The notes beneath the pieces are model-generated. The model searched no databases. It saw only the letters and a list, made by a program, of their open reading frames with translations, and was not told the origin of the DNA. A stretch of 63,559 nt of DNA, filler included, from Reticulomyxa filosa (lineage: Eukaryota > Protista > Foraminifera): the NCBI GenBank assembly GCA_000512085.1. It is 23 parts of 23 records of this genome, joined end to end, with 100 filler letters (N's around TTAATTAATTAA, not from the genome) between each part and the next. Parts side by side here need not be neighbours in the genome. Positions count along the whole stretch, not along the records: positions 25,942 to 27,351 come from ASPP01013374.1; positions 27,452 to 34,363 come from ASPP01020092.1; positions 34,464 to 36,277 come from ASPP01005218.1; positions 36,378 to 38,345 come from ASPP01002824.1; 19 more parts are not named here. One strand, written 5' to 3'. Position numbers and translations under genes: made by a program. Positions within the stretch are counted from its first letter, which is position 1, and each line of letters begins with the position of its first letter. Positions 26,030 through 38,330 of this stretch are shown here, piece by piece.

Positions 26030-26236
26030 TCAAACTTTGTCTTTGGAGTATGGTCTCTCTGATACACGAAATGGATATTGGACTAGAGACAACTCTTCGT
26101 TGTGTTGTTGGCACTGCTGTGTCAAATACACTGGCAATTCAAGGACAACTGGATCATCTTCGTCATCATTTGCTGTTTCTGCGGATGGGATTTTCGATTG
26201 AGTGACATTTGGATCGACCTGCATTTGCTCAGACAT
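26030..26236 (-). CDS. POLR3E: RNA polymerase III subunit RPC5 (Sin-like N-terminus), first exon
   Basis: DDEDDPVVLELPVYL...LSLVQYPFR matches the RPC5/RPC37 N-terminal motif DDPVVxEIDVYL...LYLFQYPVR. A probable GT donor follows SKDK. Confidence 0.8.
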   Translation of the reverse strand: MSEQMQVDPNVTQSKIPSAETANDDEDDPVVLELPVYLTQQCQQHNEELSLVQYPFRVSERPYSKDKV

Positions 26237-26520
26237 TATTTACTTTTTATTTTTTGTGCTAGCGTCTCTTAAAAAATTCCCTTACTCGCGCAGAACGTAT
26301 TTTTCACTGGAAAAAATAAAAACGCATGTGCATAGTTTTATTTAATACCTGCATAAATACAGAGCGAACAAACTTGTTTTTGCAAAATAAAGCGGTTATA
26401 TTCCTTGCCATTGGACAAGGGTGAACTCGAAAAAGGGCCTTTCCCATCTTGTTATGGGAATGAACTGAGCAAAAAACTTCTGAAAAAAAATATTGTAGTT
26501 AATATAATAATAGAACCTTG

Positions 26521-27165
26521 ATGGCAACATATAGTTCAGGTTCAACCTCTACAAGTAGATCTCGACGCCATCGTTGGCGTTATCTTTTGCCAAACCGCTT
26601 GCAAAGTGACCCAATAACATTTGAGGAGTTTCAGCAATTGTTTGATAATGGAGTATTGACAAAAAATAGTTGGGTCTGGCATTACGACAACACAAAAAAT
26701 GCATGGATGAAATTATCAGATCTGCCAGAAGTGTGGAACGACTTGAAGCAAAGTCGATACATGGCAACGAGTGAGCAAGGCTTGGAAGAAGGAGAAGCGA
26801 CAGAAGCAAGATCGAATCGAAAAGAAAGCCAATCGAGCGAAAAGAGTGGGAACAATGAGACCAACAGTCAAACAACGAGCGAGAGCAGGGACAAAAGTGA
26901 AAGCCAAAATCAGAGCAAAGGGATAAATGAAAAAGATGACAAATACGATCGTAGTCGAAAAAGTCGAAGTCGAGAGAAAGAAAATAAAAAAGACCGCAAA
27001 AATTCTATCATTCGAAGAGAAATGCTAAATGCAAATTTGCACAAAGACAGAGACAAAGGCAGACAAAGCAAAGAAATTTACGCTAATCAAAATGCCAATG
27101 ATAATGCCGACCATGATGCCGATGATGGGAACAACAAGTATGGACAAAAGAGTCACAAGTCTCAA
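26521..27165 (+). CDS. GYF_2 (DUF4339)-like domain protein, 5' part
   Basis: RWRYLLPNRLQSDPITFEEFQQLFDNGVLTKNSWVWHYDNTKNAWMKLSDLPEV, then a charged low-complexity region. Divergent from POLR3E. Confidence 0.7.
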
Positions 27166-27286
27166 TGGTGGCCTAACCATACTTGTCATAGAAATATATA
27201 TACACACACCACTCTATTTTGTTTCAATTTTATTTGTTTGATTCAACATAATTATACGTACATATATCATATAAATATAAATATAC

Positions 27287-27332
<46 letters not shown>

Positions 27333-28167
27333 GCATTATGTATGTATATATNNNNNNNNNNNNNNNNNNNNNNNNNNNNNNNNNNNNNNNNNNNNTTAAT
27401 TAATTAANNNNNNNNNNNNNNNNNNNNNNNNNNNNNNNNNNNNNNNNNNNNCCCCCCTCCGATGAACCATTTTAAAACTTTCGCAACATTTATCCTCGCT
27501 TTTTTTTTTCCTATTTGTTAATTTATTCCGATCTCGTCGACTACTCAAAAAAACTGGTTGTGCAAGCGTAATTAATTATGCAAAAACAAACTGGCTTTTT
27601 GATAGGAAATATTTTGGTCTATAATAATTCGTTTTTTATGTGGAGGAGGGAAGGGGGGGAGGGGGGGGAGAAAAAAAACCACTTTGTTTTGGTACATATG
27701 TGTCCGCACGTTTTTTCGCACATGCCAAGCAGATGTTTTGTCTGACGAATTATCATAAACTGATGCGCATATATGATCCGATAGAAATAATACTTTGTCA
27801 AAAGAAGCTGCAAGTTTTTATAAAATGAAAAACACGCCAATTAAAAGATGTAAGTTGAAGTGTTTCCACATATTTTTTATTCAAAATAATGTTATTCTGT
27901 AAACTCTTAGAAAATAATGTTCGCAATCACTTCGTTTTGTCACATAATATGATGCAAGAGTGCTATGATTTGATGAAATATGTAATTTTTGTGATAGCAC
28001 TAGAATACCCTTTTAATACATGAATTTTATTATTTGATTTGCACTCCATATTTTGACGGCTTTGCATTGGAAGAAGAAACAAGTTTAATTCTTTCATAAT
28101 ATTATCAATATTTTTTTTTTTTTTTAAACTCAAAAGCAATAACAAAAATGTATTATTTACCACAATA

Positions 28168-30606
28168 TTACACATCATTCATCAACTCTTTTATTTTATG
28201 TTTTACTTTCAGTGTTTCTGCATGCACTTCTCCCAATGCTGCGCTGTAAATTTTATATGCTTCTTCAAAATATTTCAAAGCTGTTTTTTTTTCTTTTTGC
28301 TGTTCAAATGCACATGCCAAATTCCAATTGGAATCACCAATGGATTTATTTGTTTTTCCAAATACTTCTTTTCTTATTGGTAATTCTTTTTTATAACATT
28401 CAATTGCTTCATTGTATTGTCCTTTGTTATGATATGAAAGTCCTAAAATTGTATACAAAGAAGCGATATGAGTGCGATTTATTCCAAAACAATTTGATCT
28501 GATTTTCAATGACTTTTCACAAAATTCAATTGCTTTATCATAATTTTTCTTTATTGTAATATACAAGTCCTAAATTATGATATGAAGAAGCAATCTCAAC
28601 ATGATTAGCTCCAAAAATTGCCAATCTAATTTTAAAAGCTTTTTCATGACATTCTTGTGCTTTTTCACCATGCATTATATTGACATATGAAAGTCCTAAA
28701 TTGTTATATGAATGTGCAACATCAGCATGAATACCGCCAAAAATGTATAATCTTATTTTTAATGATTTTTTATAATATTCTATTGCTTTATTAAATTTTT
28801 CTTTCTTGTCATATGCATTTGCTAAATTAAAATATACTTGTGCAAGAAAGGTACTTTTTATACCAAAACGATTTAAAATAATTTTCAATGATTTTTTATA
28901 TAATTCAATTGCCGTTCAGGGTCTTTTTTATCAGTATGCATATTTCCAATTATGTTATAACAAGTAGCAACATAAGGATGATCTGATCCAAAAGTATTAG
29001 TTGCAATTTGTAAATATTGTTGTAAATAATTAATAGATGCATCAAAAAATTTTTTTTCTTTACATTGATCTCCTTTATCTTCAATATCTTGAAGTAATAA
29101 TGGAATATCGTAATGTATTTTGGTATTCCATTGAATTGGAGATGTCAATTGTTTTAATTGTTGATCAATTATAGCATTCTTTGTAACAAATAATTGTGTT
29201 GTAATATTTGCATTTCTTTTGCATATAAGTTTGCAATCAACAGCATATATATTTCCATCAATATTTATTTCTTCTTCCAATATAATTAATTTTTTTTTAA
29301 TTACAAACATACAATATTCTCCAAATTCCTTTTTATCATTCTTTTCATTACTTATTAATGTCATAAATAAAGAAATATTATCACGTTTATTTTTCCATCC
29401 AGGTGAATTGTATATAATTACTATCAATCCTTGTTCATTTTTGTCTAGCATTTCTTTTACTATTTTTGCTGCTTCTGTATTTGCCTTTCTCCATCGCTTA
29501 CTCCAATGTCTCTTAAAATTCAAACCTTCTGGAATGTTATCTTTTTTAATGACTGGTTGTTCATCGTTATTATCATCACTATTTACATTTTCATCTGGAT
29601 CAATGCTGTTATAATATTTTTGATATCGCGATATTGGAACAAGATAAGCATCAGAACGAAAAGTTGAAATTGTTTGAATAGTTTCGCTTATAGATTCTTT
29701 GTTAAGAATAATTTGTGTAACTTGTTCAATGATAGAATTCCAACTATTTATATTGTCTTTAATTTTTTGACGAAATATTTTTACAAAATTACTTCCTTTT
29801 CTTTCATTCTTATCTTTTAAATCATCGACAATACATTTTGGTGTTATATTAACAAAAATTGTTAATATATCTTCATCATAATTATCTTTTTGAATTATTT
29901 CATTTTCTGGATTCATTTTAATTTGATTATGTTTTCCTTTATATGTAACGTTTATAAATATTTTTGGTTTTCCAATAAAATAATCTGTTCTTTTCACAAA
30001 ATCATATTGAATAGATTTGAAATCTTTTGTATTCATATCACTTGTAATTAATGCATCTTGATTGCTTGCAACTCCTCCATATCCACACCATACAAATATT
30101 AATCCATCATAATTGTTATCGTGATCAAATAAACTTGTATAGTGATTTAAAAGAAAATTTTCCAATCGATTTAAAGAAAGTAATTCAGTACATTGATTAA
30201 ATTGATTATATGTGCTGAATACTCGATAACCAAATTTAGATTGAAATAATGCTTGTAATAGCCATAAATCTTCTTGAGCATCTTTCAAATAGGGTAATTG
30301 TTCATATTTCATTGCTCCAACCATTAATATTAATGGATTCTTTATTGCTCGTACTGGTGACGGTATTGCTTTTTTTTTTAATTCTAAAGTAAAGTATCGT
30401 CTATCTGATGTAAATACGCGAAGTATATCTTCATTTGTTTCAATAAAACAACCATCTTCGCCAATAATCTTAATCAATTCACTATTCACATGTGTTGACT
30501 GAGTGGCTTCAGCAATCTGTTGTCTCAGATGTTTCACTGTCAATTCTTTCAGAATTATTGTATGCACTTTGATACCATCGTTTACATACACTTTGTATGA
30601 GGACAT
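28168..30606 (-). CDS. Beta-grasp (PB1/CIDE-N-like) + catalytically dead caspase-fold (peptidase C14-like) domain + TPR array; two 1-bp frameshifts in the TPR region (error or young pseudogene)
   Basis: KNPLILMVGAMKY...DLWLLQALFQSKFGYRV...YDGLIFVWCGYGG...GKPKIFINVTYKG...DILTIFVNITP...GSNFVKIF. Then come ~42-aa TPRs (HADVAHSYNNLGLSY, KAIEYYKKSLKIRLYIFG). Frameshifts lie near 28914 and 28545. Confidence 0.8.
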
Positions 30607-30844
30607 TTTACAAATTACTCGTTAATCTTTTTTTTATTAGCGCTTCAAAAAAAAAAAGTTTGAGAACGTAAAAGAAAGAAGCTCCCTCCACAATAATAAT
30701 GGATGGGAAATATGAATTTATTAATTTTATTTGGAAAATGTTTTTTGTATGTAAGTAAACAAAAAGTAAATTTTCTCGTATTTTTCATTGTCAAAAAAGA
30801 GGGTTTCAAAAAAGTTCCTGTTTTGTTTTGGAAACAGTTAGAAA

Positions 30845-32014
30845 ATGTACAATGATATTAACAAAAAAGTGACTACAACCTCACAACTGGTAAAGAATTT
30901 TTTTTCTTGTTATTAATGTCAGTTTGTTTGGATGAATTAAACAAAACAAAACAAAACAGTCAGAAAAGGTAGTAAGACTAATTATTCAAAATTGGACTCG
31001 AATTTTGAATGTAAAAACAGGGTGGATTAATGATTTTGACAAACTTATTGTTAAATATGTTAAGTTATTTATTTTTAATTAAATTTAATTTTATCATTAT
31101 AATATTTTTTAAAAATATAGATGAAATACTTTCAATTAGTGAAAAATTTACAAAGACATAAAGATACAATAAATAGTGTAAAATTTTCATCAGATGATCT
31201 TATGATTGTTTCGTCTTCAGATGATAATACTATTCGAATATGGGATTTATTATCAGGAGAACAAATTCAAAAATTTAAAAAACATTTAAGTTGGGTTAAT
31301 GCTGCAATATTTTCATCAAATGGGAATACTGTTGTTTCATGTTCAAAAGATAAAACCATTCGATTATGGGATATACAATCAAGAAAAACATTAATGAAAT
31401 TTGAAGGACATACAGGTTCTGTATGGGATGTAAATTTTTCCAAAAATGGAAAATATATTGTTACAGGTTCATCTGATAGAACAATACGATTATGGGATAT
31501 AAATTCTGGAAAAGAAATTCAAAAATTAGAAGGACATTTAGATTATGTAAACAGTGTACAATTTTCACCTGATGGTCAATTAATTGTATCTGCTTCTAAT
31601 GATGAAACTGTTGCTATGTGGAATGTTAAAACAGGTGAAAGATTGAAAGTGTTAAAAGGACATTCTAATAGTGTAACATGTGCAAGATTTTCTCCAAGTG
31701 GTAAATTTATTGTATCTTCTTCTGGTGATAAAACAATTCGAATATGGGATGTAGAATTTGGAAAAGAAGTAAAAGTATTGGAAGGACATTTAAGTTGGGT
31801 GAAAGATGTCAAATATTTCCCTGATGGTCAAACTATTGTGTCAGGTTCGTATGATGGAACAATCCGTTTGTGGGATGTGAAATCAGGAAATCTAATTCAG
31901 AAATTGGAAGGACGAGCTTTTTGGGTGACAGGAGTGGATATTTCATCTAATGGAAATACAATTGTGTCATGTTCTGCTAACAAAATAATTCAAATATGGG
32001 AATGCATTTTATAA
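30845..32014 (+). CDS. Intact WD40-repeat protein (subfamily B, seven ~42-aa repeats); 3 exons
   Basis: Exons 30845-30889, 30960-31058 and 31121-32014 are joined by phase-0 GT-AG introns. Repeats follow LEGH...V.SV.FSPDG..IVS.S.D.TIRLWDV. Confidence 0.9.
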
Positions 32015-32745
32015 TAAAAAAAAATAATACAATATTATTTTTTCAATTTTTTTAAAATAACATTAATTGTATCTTCAGAATAACGATAGTTTTTTCATTT
32101 TTCAAAATTGTCATTCACAAACGACAAATTATTAATCCTTGGGTTTTTGGAATGTAGGTACAACATAGCAAATATCCCTTAGTTGCAGTCTTCTATAATT
32201 AAGTTTCAAAATGACTTTTGCAAAATTTTGATCTTATATTTGTTTTAATGGCAAGACTAGAACTTTGAATACTGATGACGCCAGCCATATCACTTTCAAA
32301 TTTTGAGATCAACATGAAAGATAAGAAAAAAATGGAACTGGATCCTTTTTGGGAAACCTTTCTATTTCAACATAATTTTTTCTGTTTGACTTTCCAAATA
32401 TCACTTCTTGCTCTTTTTTTCTTTGCCCTCTTTTTGAAATTGAAAGGCAATTTCTTGTACATTCTTTGTTATTTCATATTTGCGCTGCATTCATAAAATA
32501 TGTCAAAATTATTCACACTTTAAGCTGCTCAAATTTAAAGAAAAAATTTGAAGGTTCATTGAAGAAAAGCCAATGCTGTTACTACGGCAAAAAAAAAAGC
32601 AGGCAAAAAAAAAAAGGAAGCAAAAAAACTTCCTTGTTCTGTTTCTACTTGTTACAATAGAGATTGATTTTTGATTTCAAATGAATCACAAGGCTAAACA
32701 GACAGCATTTGAAATCATTGGCAAAAATATTAGTTTGTAATAAAG

Positions 32746-34186
32746 TCATCCCCAAACACGAATATGGCCTTTGTTTGAGCCATAATACAAGTTAACATTA
32801 CAATTATTATTATTATTTCTGATTTCCTTTTTTTGTTTTTTCAATGGTATAAACTTAAGACAAAATATTCCATTATCATTCTCATCTCCTTTGATCACAT
32901 ATAACTCTTTTTTATTTGATCGAATATCCCAAAATCGAATTGTATTATCTTCTGATGCTGAACATACCACATTTGAACTAGCACTAATTTCATTATTACT
33001 TACCAATGGAAAATATTCAACACACGTTACAGTATTTGTATGTCCTTTGAATGTTTGAATTTGTTGGCCAGATTGAATATCCCATAAACGAACACTTTTA
33101 TCACATGATCCAGATAATATTGTATTTGAACCACCAATATTTCTTAATTCATTGGATCCATATTTTACACTCTTTACTTCTCTTTCATGTCCTTCGAATA
33201 CATTCAACTGTTTGGTTGTTTCGATATCCCATATACAAATGTTTTTGTCACGTGATCCAGAACAAATGGTATATCCATTACCACCGATTATGCCAATACT
33301 ATTACTTGTATTATCAGCACAACTTTGTAATGGTGAAATATTCACACATCGAACAGCATATTTATGTTCATTGAAGACATACAATGACGATGATGTTTCA
33401 ACATCCCATAGACGAATTGTTTTATCATTAGATCCAGAACATAAATATCTACCACCACTAAATGGCGAGAATTCAATAGAACAAATCGAATCAGTATGTC
33501 CCTCTAATATTTGTAATTGTTGAGTATCTTTGATATCCCAAAAACGGATGGTTTTGTCACATGAACAAATGATGTGAAGAAAAAGATTGTTACGATGATA
33601 CAATGAAAATTTTGCACATTGTGCAGCACTTGAATGTACTTTGGATAGTTGTATTTGTTTATTGCTGTTTATGTCCCATATACGAATCGTGTTATCACGT
33701 GACCCAGAACAAATGAATTCACAATTATCAAATATTGAATAATCAATGCTCCATACAGTACTAGTGTGTCCAGTCAATGTTTTGAGTATATTGGATGATG
33801 AATGAAACATATCAAAGTTAAATATAGAATGCTTGCTGGATTTGGATTGTAATAATTTATTATCGTCATCATATTCTTTTCTATCTTCATTATTATTGTC
33901 TTGCAGTTTTATAATTTCGTCAGGCTTTAATTCCATTTTTTTCTTCCATTTTTCAAATTCGGTCAGGAGAGTGTCCTATTGATATTATTTGTCTTTCTTT
34001 TTTTTTTTATATTACATCATAAAACAAAAATATTAACATACCAGTTGTTGCCTTAAGATTAAGTTACCATTGTGAATTGTTGAAATTTTTTTTTCATTTA
34101 ATTCTTTTTCTATTTTCATTTTTTCATTTTCCAATTTCAGTTGTGTTATTTCCTCCTATATTATATTAATTCAAGTAATAGACATC

Positions 34187-34226
<40 letters not shown>

Positions 34227-34320
34227 AATATATCAAAACAATAAAATCTTACATTAAGTTGTTGAATTTGTTTCGTCTGTTTGTTATCATTTTCTTTGAG
34301 CTGTTCGATTTTTTCTCCCT
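32746..34320 (-). CDS. Coiled coil + WD40-repeat protein (subfamily A), 5'-truncated by contig end
   Basis: The last exon 32746-33975 is intact (IEFSPFSGGRYLCSGS, IGIIGGNGYTICSGS, ending IRVWG*). Upstream coiled-coil exons 34042-34155 and 34253-~34320 are separated by GT-AG introns 33976-34041 and 34156-34252. Confidence 0.9.
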
Positions 34321-35408
34321 TTTTTTTTTTTTTTTTTTTTTTTTAATTTGTTTTTTTTTTTTTNNNNNNNNNNNNNNNNNNNNNNNNNNNNNNNNNNNNN
34401 NNNNNNNTTAATTAATTAANNNNNNNNNNNNNNNNNNNNNNNNNNNNNNNNNNNNNNNNNNNNTCCGTTAGTATTTAAGGAGGTAATGTAGTGACTTTCC
34501 CTACACTAGTGTATAACTTATGCTTGTTCATATGACATAACAGACTAAATTTTATGAAAATACCTACATTTTATGTTCAGTCCAAAACTACGCTTAATTT
34601 CAAATAGAGCTAGCCTGTCACTTATTTGTAAAATAGTTTCAATTTGTTTTTCAAAAAGCTAGTTTATTTGTGTTGAACAGTTGCCAATTTTACAACAATA
34701 TGTTTCATTATGTTATCACAATGTTTTTTTTCAAATTTTTTTTTGTTAATGTTCAAACGCGAACGCTAATTTCGATTGAAACAACATGCGTTTAAATGAA
34801 GAAAATTCAAAAAAAAAGCTGTTGAAAATATTCAATCAATTTGTCTAAGTGGCATAACACAATACATTAGATTATTTATTGATCTAGGATCGTGCACGAG
34901 AAACGATCTAAGTACAAGATTTGGAAAGATTACAAGTGTAAAAAATGTGCCTAACATAAAGATTTAACAAGAAACTGCACAAAAAAAAAAAGAAGGATCA
35001 GGTACACAATTATACAATACTCTATTCAATTGACAAAATTTGAAAAATATTTTCCGTTGCCCCTCTTGCAAACGCCTGATGCATTTTTTATTTGTTGGTC
35101 ATGATATTTGCGAATGCAAAAAAGACGTGTTTTCTGCCAAACCGATTGGTCAGCAAGGACAATTGCAATAGACTTGAAAGGAGGGACAAACAAACAAAAA
35201 AAAGCGTGAGAGGAGGCATGAGGAAGATCAATTGAAAAAAAAAAAGCAAAAACAAACAAAAAGAAAAACAAAATTAACAACAATTTGTTTAAAGCTGTGG
35301 GATGAAATTACAATTAAAGTAGGAAAAATGAACAATTGTTTTATATTTTTTTTGAAGTTTTTTTGACAAAAAAAAGAAGATAAAAACAGAAGGAAAGAAG
35401 AAAAAAGA

Positions 35409-36210
35409 TCACCTCCTATTGAACATGTTCGACCAAAATGACTTTTTATGCAGTTTGCGTCCTGTCTTTTTGGATTTGAGTGTATCTCGATCGCTGGAGT
35501 AATCAAGAGGTGATCGAGGTGTGTTACTCATGCTTTCAGAAGGCAAAGGAGACGATGTTACACTTCGTGATCTCAAGGGCTATAGTGAAGAGAAGCAAAA
35601 TAAAACTATGATATACATATACATATATATATGAATAGCCGTAACTTTGACTAGTTCCAATCGAATAGGTAAACTTTCAGAATCCAAAGCAGCAACAATG
35701 TCTCGAAACATCATTCCCGTGACCTCTTTGGTGTTGATGGACAGGACCATGGAGCCTTCAAATATTTCAAAGGGTACATTGGGTTCGATATTATACACAT
35801 AAGCATTCATGGGATTATCATCTCCAATTTGGCTTTTATCGTCATATTGACTCGTCTCCGCGACGACGGCGGCAGCAGTCATGACAGGAGTGCTGGGGAT
35901 AACGATACTACTGTGACGAGAGGATATGGACTTGGGCGTTGCCTCTTTCATCTCGAATGGGATCAAGATGCTTCGTGGTCGAAGTCGGAATCCAAAGGGG
36001 CGTCTTGTCAAGTCCACAATATATTTCATCGGCTTTCGAGGCAAAGGGCGAGTTTTGTGTTGGTGGCTCTGATTTTTCCGCGCAAGGAAGTCGCCCAAAC
36101 TCGGAGGCGGATTCGACTTTTTCCGGTTTTTCACCGACAACAATACTGCCTCGCTTGTTGTTGCCGCACGTTCGCGAGTGAATTGCAAATGGTAATATTT
36201 CACACGACCT
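35409..36210 (-). CDS. PDZ-like domain protein, 3' part
   Basis: IVDLTRRPFGFRL...AYVYNIEP...EGSMVLSINTKEVTGMMFRDIVAALDSESLPIRLELVK. Intron 35580-35645 splices in frame to a last exon ending SFWSNMFNRR*. Confidence 0.7.
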
Positions 36211-36236
36211 ATGTGTATATTTTTATTATGATCTGC

Positions 36237-36277
<41 letters not shown>

Positions 36278-36729
36278 NNNNNNNNNNNNNNNNNNNNNNN
36301 NNNNNNNNNNNNNNNNNNNNNTTAATTAATTAANNNNNNNNNNNNNNNNNNNNNNNNNNNNNNNNNNNNNNNNNNNNCTGCTAAATGAAAATTATGTCGG
36401 TGATCACTACTAATTGCCGCACTGTCAATGTAGCACAGTAAAAATTACAAAAAACTTAAATCAAACAAAGAAAAAACTAAAAAGAGAACTTTTAACATAA
36501 TCACTTCAACGGGTGGCATTTTAGGGTGTAGTTTTTTTTTCCAACTTAATGTAGCACGCATTCCAAACAAAACAAAGTTTCATTTACACTGCTTACTATG
36601 TCAACTTCACTATATCTGGGGGGGACTTCTAATGGTTCTGATTTCGTCCAACTGGCTCTTTTTTTTAATATTCAACACCGATTGGCGTGCCAGCTCCGCT
36701 TCCACATTGCACGTTTCCTCCGTAATCAT

Positions 36730-38330
36730 TTCATTTACTTACTGATTTCCTTCCACTCGGATGGCCTCCTCTCTGGACTTGGTCGCCTCTTGCTCCGAGT
36801 GCATCATCTGGTGAAGCTTTTCGTCGGCAATCCGCTGCTGCCCCGACAACTGTGTCTCCTTTTCATTCAGGTCGAGCTATCGCTTTTCCACCACCTCCTC
36901 CTCCGTCTCGTGCAGGATCTTCAGTCCGACGCTCAAACGCCGCTGCAGTTCGTCGAGATGATGTCGCTTTTCGTCGAACAGCTTCACAAAGTGTCAGATT
37001 AAGTCCAAGTAAGTGTCTGAGCGTTATATGTACGTGGACCGCGGGCCATGTAGTTCTTGACCAGGTATTGCATCACGATTTCGGATCATTTCGTGGAATT
37101 TCACCAATGCATTGACCACTGAGAGCTCAATCGACGACGATGACTTGATATTAGTCATACTTTTATTAATGCTATTCTTGTCTTGCTTTTTATCTTCATC
37201 ATTACCACTGCTCTATCCTTCATTGTCACTGTTTGGTCAGTGTACTTGCTGTTTGTTTCCCCTTTGCCTTGGCAAGCTGCAGTCGCAACGCGACATAAAC
37301 TCCTTGGCCACTTGCCTTACCAATAGTGAATACAATGTGCAGGTTGTGCTGGACGCGCTTGGTGAATCATTGATACAGTCCCTCCTCGGCTCCTTGAGTT
37401 TTTCTCCTCCTTCCTCGCGTGCCTCGTAGCAGTTTGGCGGAGCAGCTGTGTTGCAGCTCCTCCTCCTCCTCCTCTTCGAAAAGGCCAGTGACTTCACCGG
37501 ACGCGAGCAGCGCATTCATGCGTTCCAGGAACGCACTGTGTAAGATATTGGATTCGTCGACACAAGAACGTGATGCGTTCGCTGTCGACGCCCGGCGCGA
37601 ATGAGAGCACTGCGCAAATCCTGGTCAAAATGTTTCTGAGTATAGTCTTTGTGTACCTTGATTTTGGAAAGTAGACATGCCATTGAGCCACGACACGAAG
37701 TGAGAAAACACGCTTTTGCCAGCGCCGGAAGCGCCGACCTAACAAATGTCCCAAAGGCTGTCGAAGCACACGACCGAGCAGTCCGTCGTAGATGACTAGC
37801 GCTACGTCGAGATCTTCCTCGTTGAAATCTTTCACACGTTGCACAGCGTACCCATGTAACTAGGCTTTGTCCAAAGATAAATAATTCACTTTGACATTAC
37901 ATATAATCCGAAAACAAAATCGGATGTGCAAGTACGCATCTGCGACTTCGCGTATCAATTTCCATATGTCCAGTCCTTTTCCTCTGTCGTCACCCAGGCG
38001 GCCACTAAACAGACGTAATGCTTTGTATGCCCACAAACGCACATCTTTTTTGCCGTCGTGACATCCTACGTTCTCCAGGTTGATCAACGCGCGCACCCAT
38101 CGATTCAGCTCTCGCGGACTATATACGTATAGTGCTGTTGGATGTCCAATCTGAAGTGTTGCTGCGACTTTTGGTATACGTCCATAATTGAGTGTGTGAT
38201 GTTTTCGCCAAGACCTTTCAGCGACGGCGTCATCTTCAACAGCGCTCGAACGAACGTGCTGTAAATTACCAACAATGAGTCTATCCCTGGAAAGTCGATC
38301 AATACCAATGGACAATGGTTCACAAAACGA
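36730..38330 (-). pseudogene. DYNC1H1: Cytoplasmic dynein-1 heavy chain pseudogene fragment (AAA3 end, AAA4, start of stalk)
   Basis: Pieces in shifting frames: LIDFPGIDSLLVIYSTFVRALLK; YSPRELNRWVRAL...RLWAYKALRLF; FNEEDLDVALVIY...VLRQPLGHLL; GASGAGKS; [28 protein letters not shown]; FTKRVQHNLHIVFT; HFVKLFDEKRHHLDELQRRLSVGLKILHETEEEV. Multiple stops, frameshifts and deletions. Confidence 0.9.

Noticed and set aside
28538-28888. Operon-like overlapping ORFs (28885-28888 and 28538-28566 overlaps)
   Set aside because: The TPR repeats continue seamlessly across both junctions, so this is one gene with 1-bp frameshifts.
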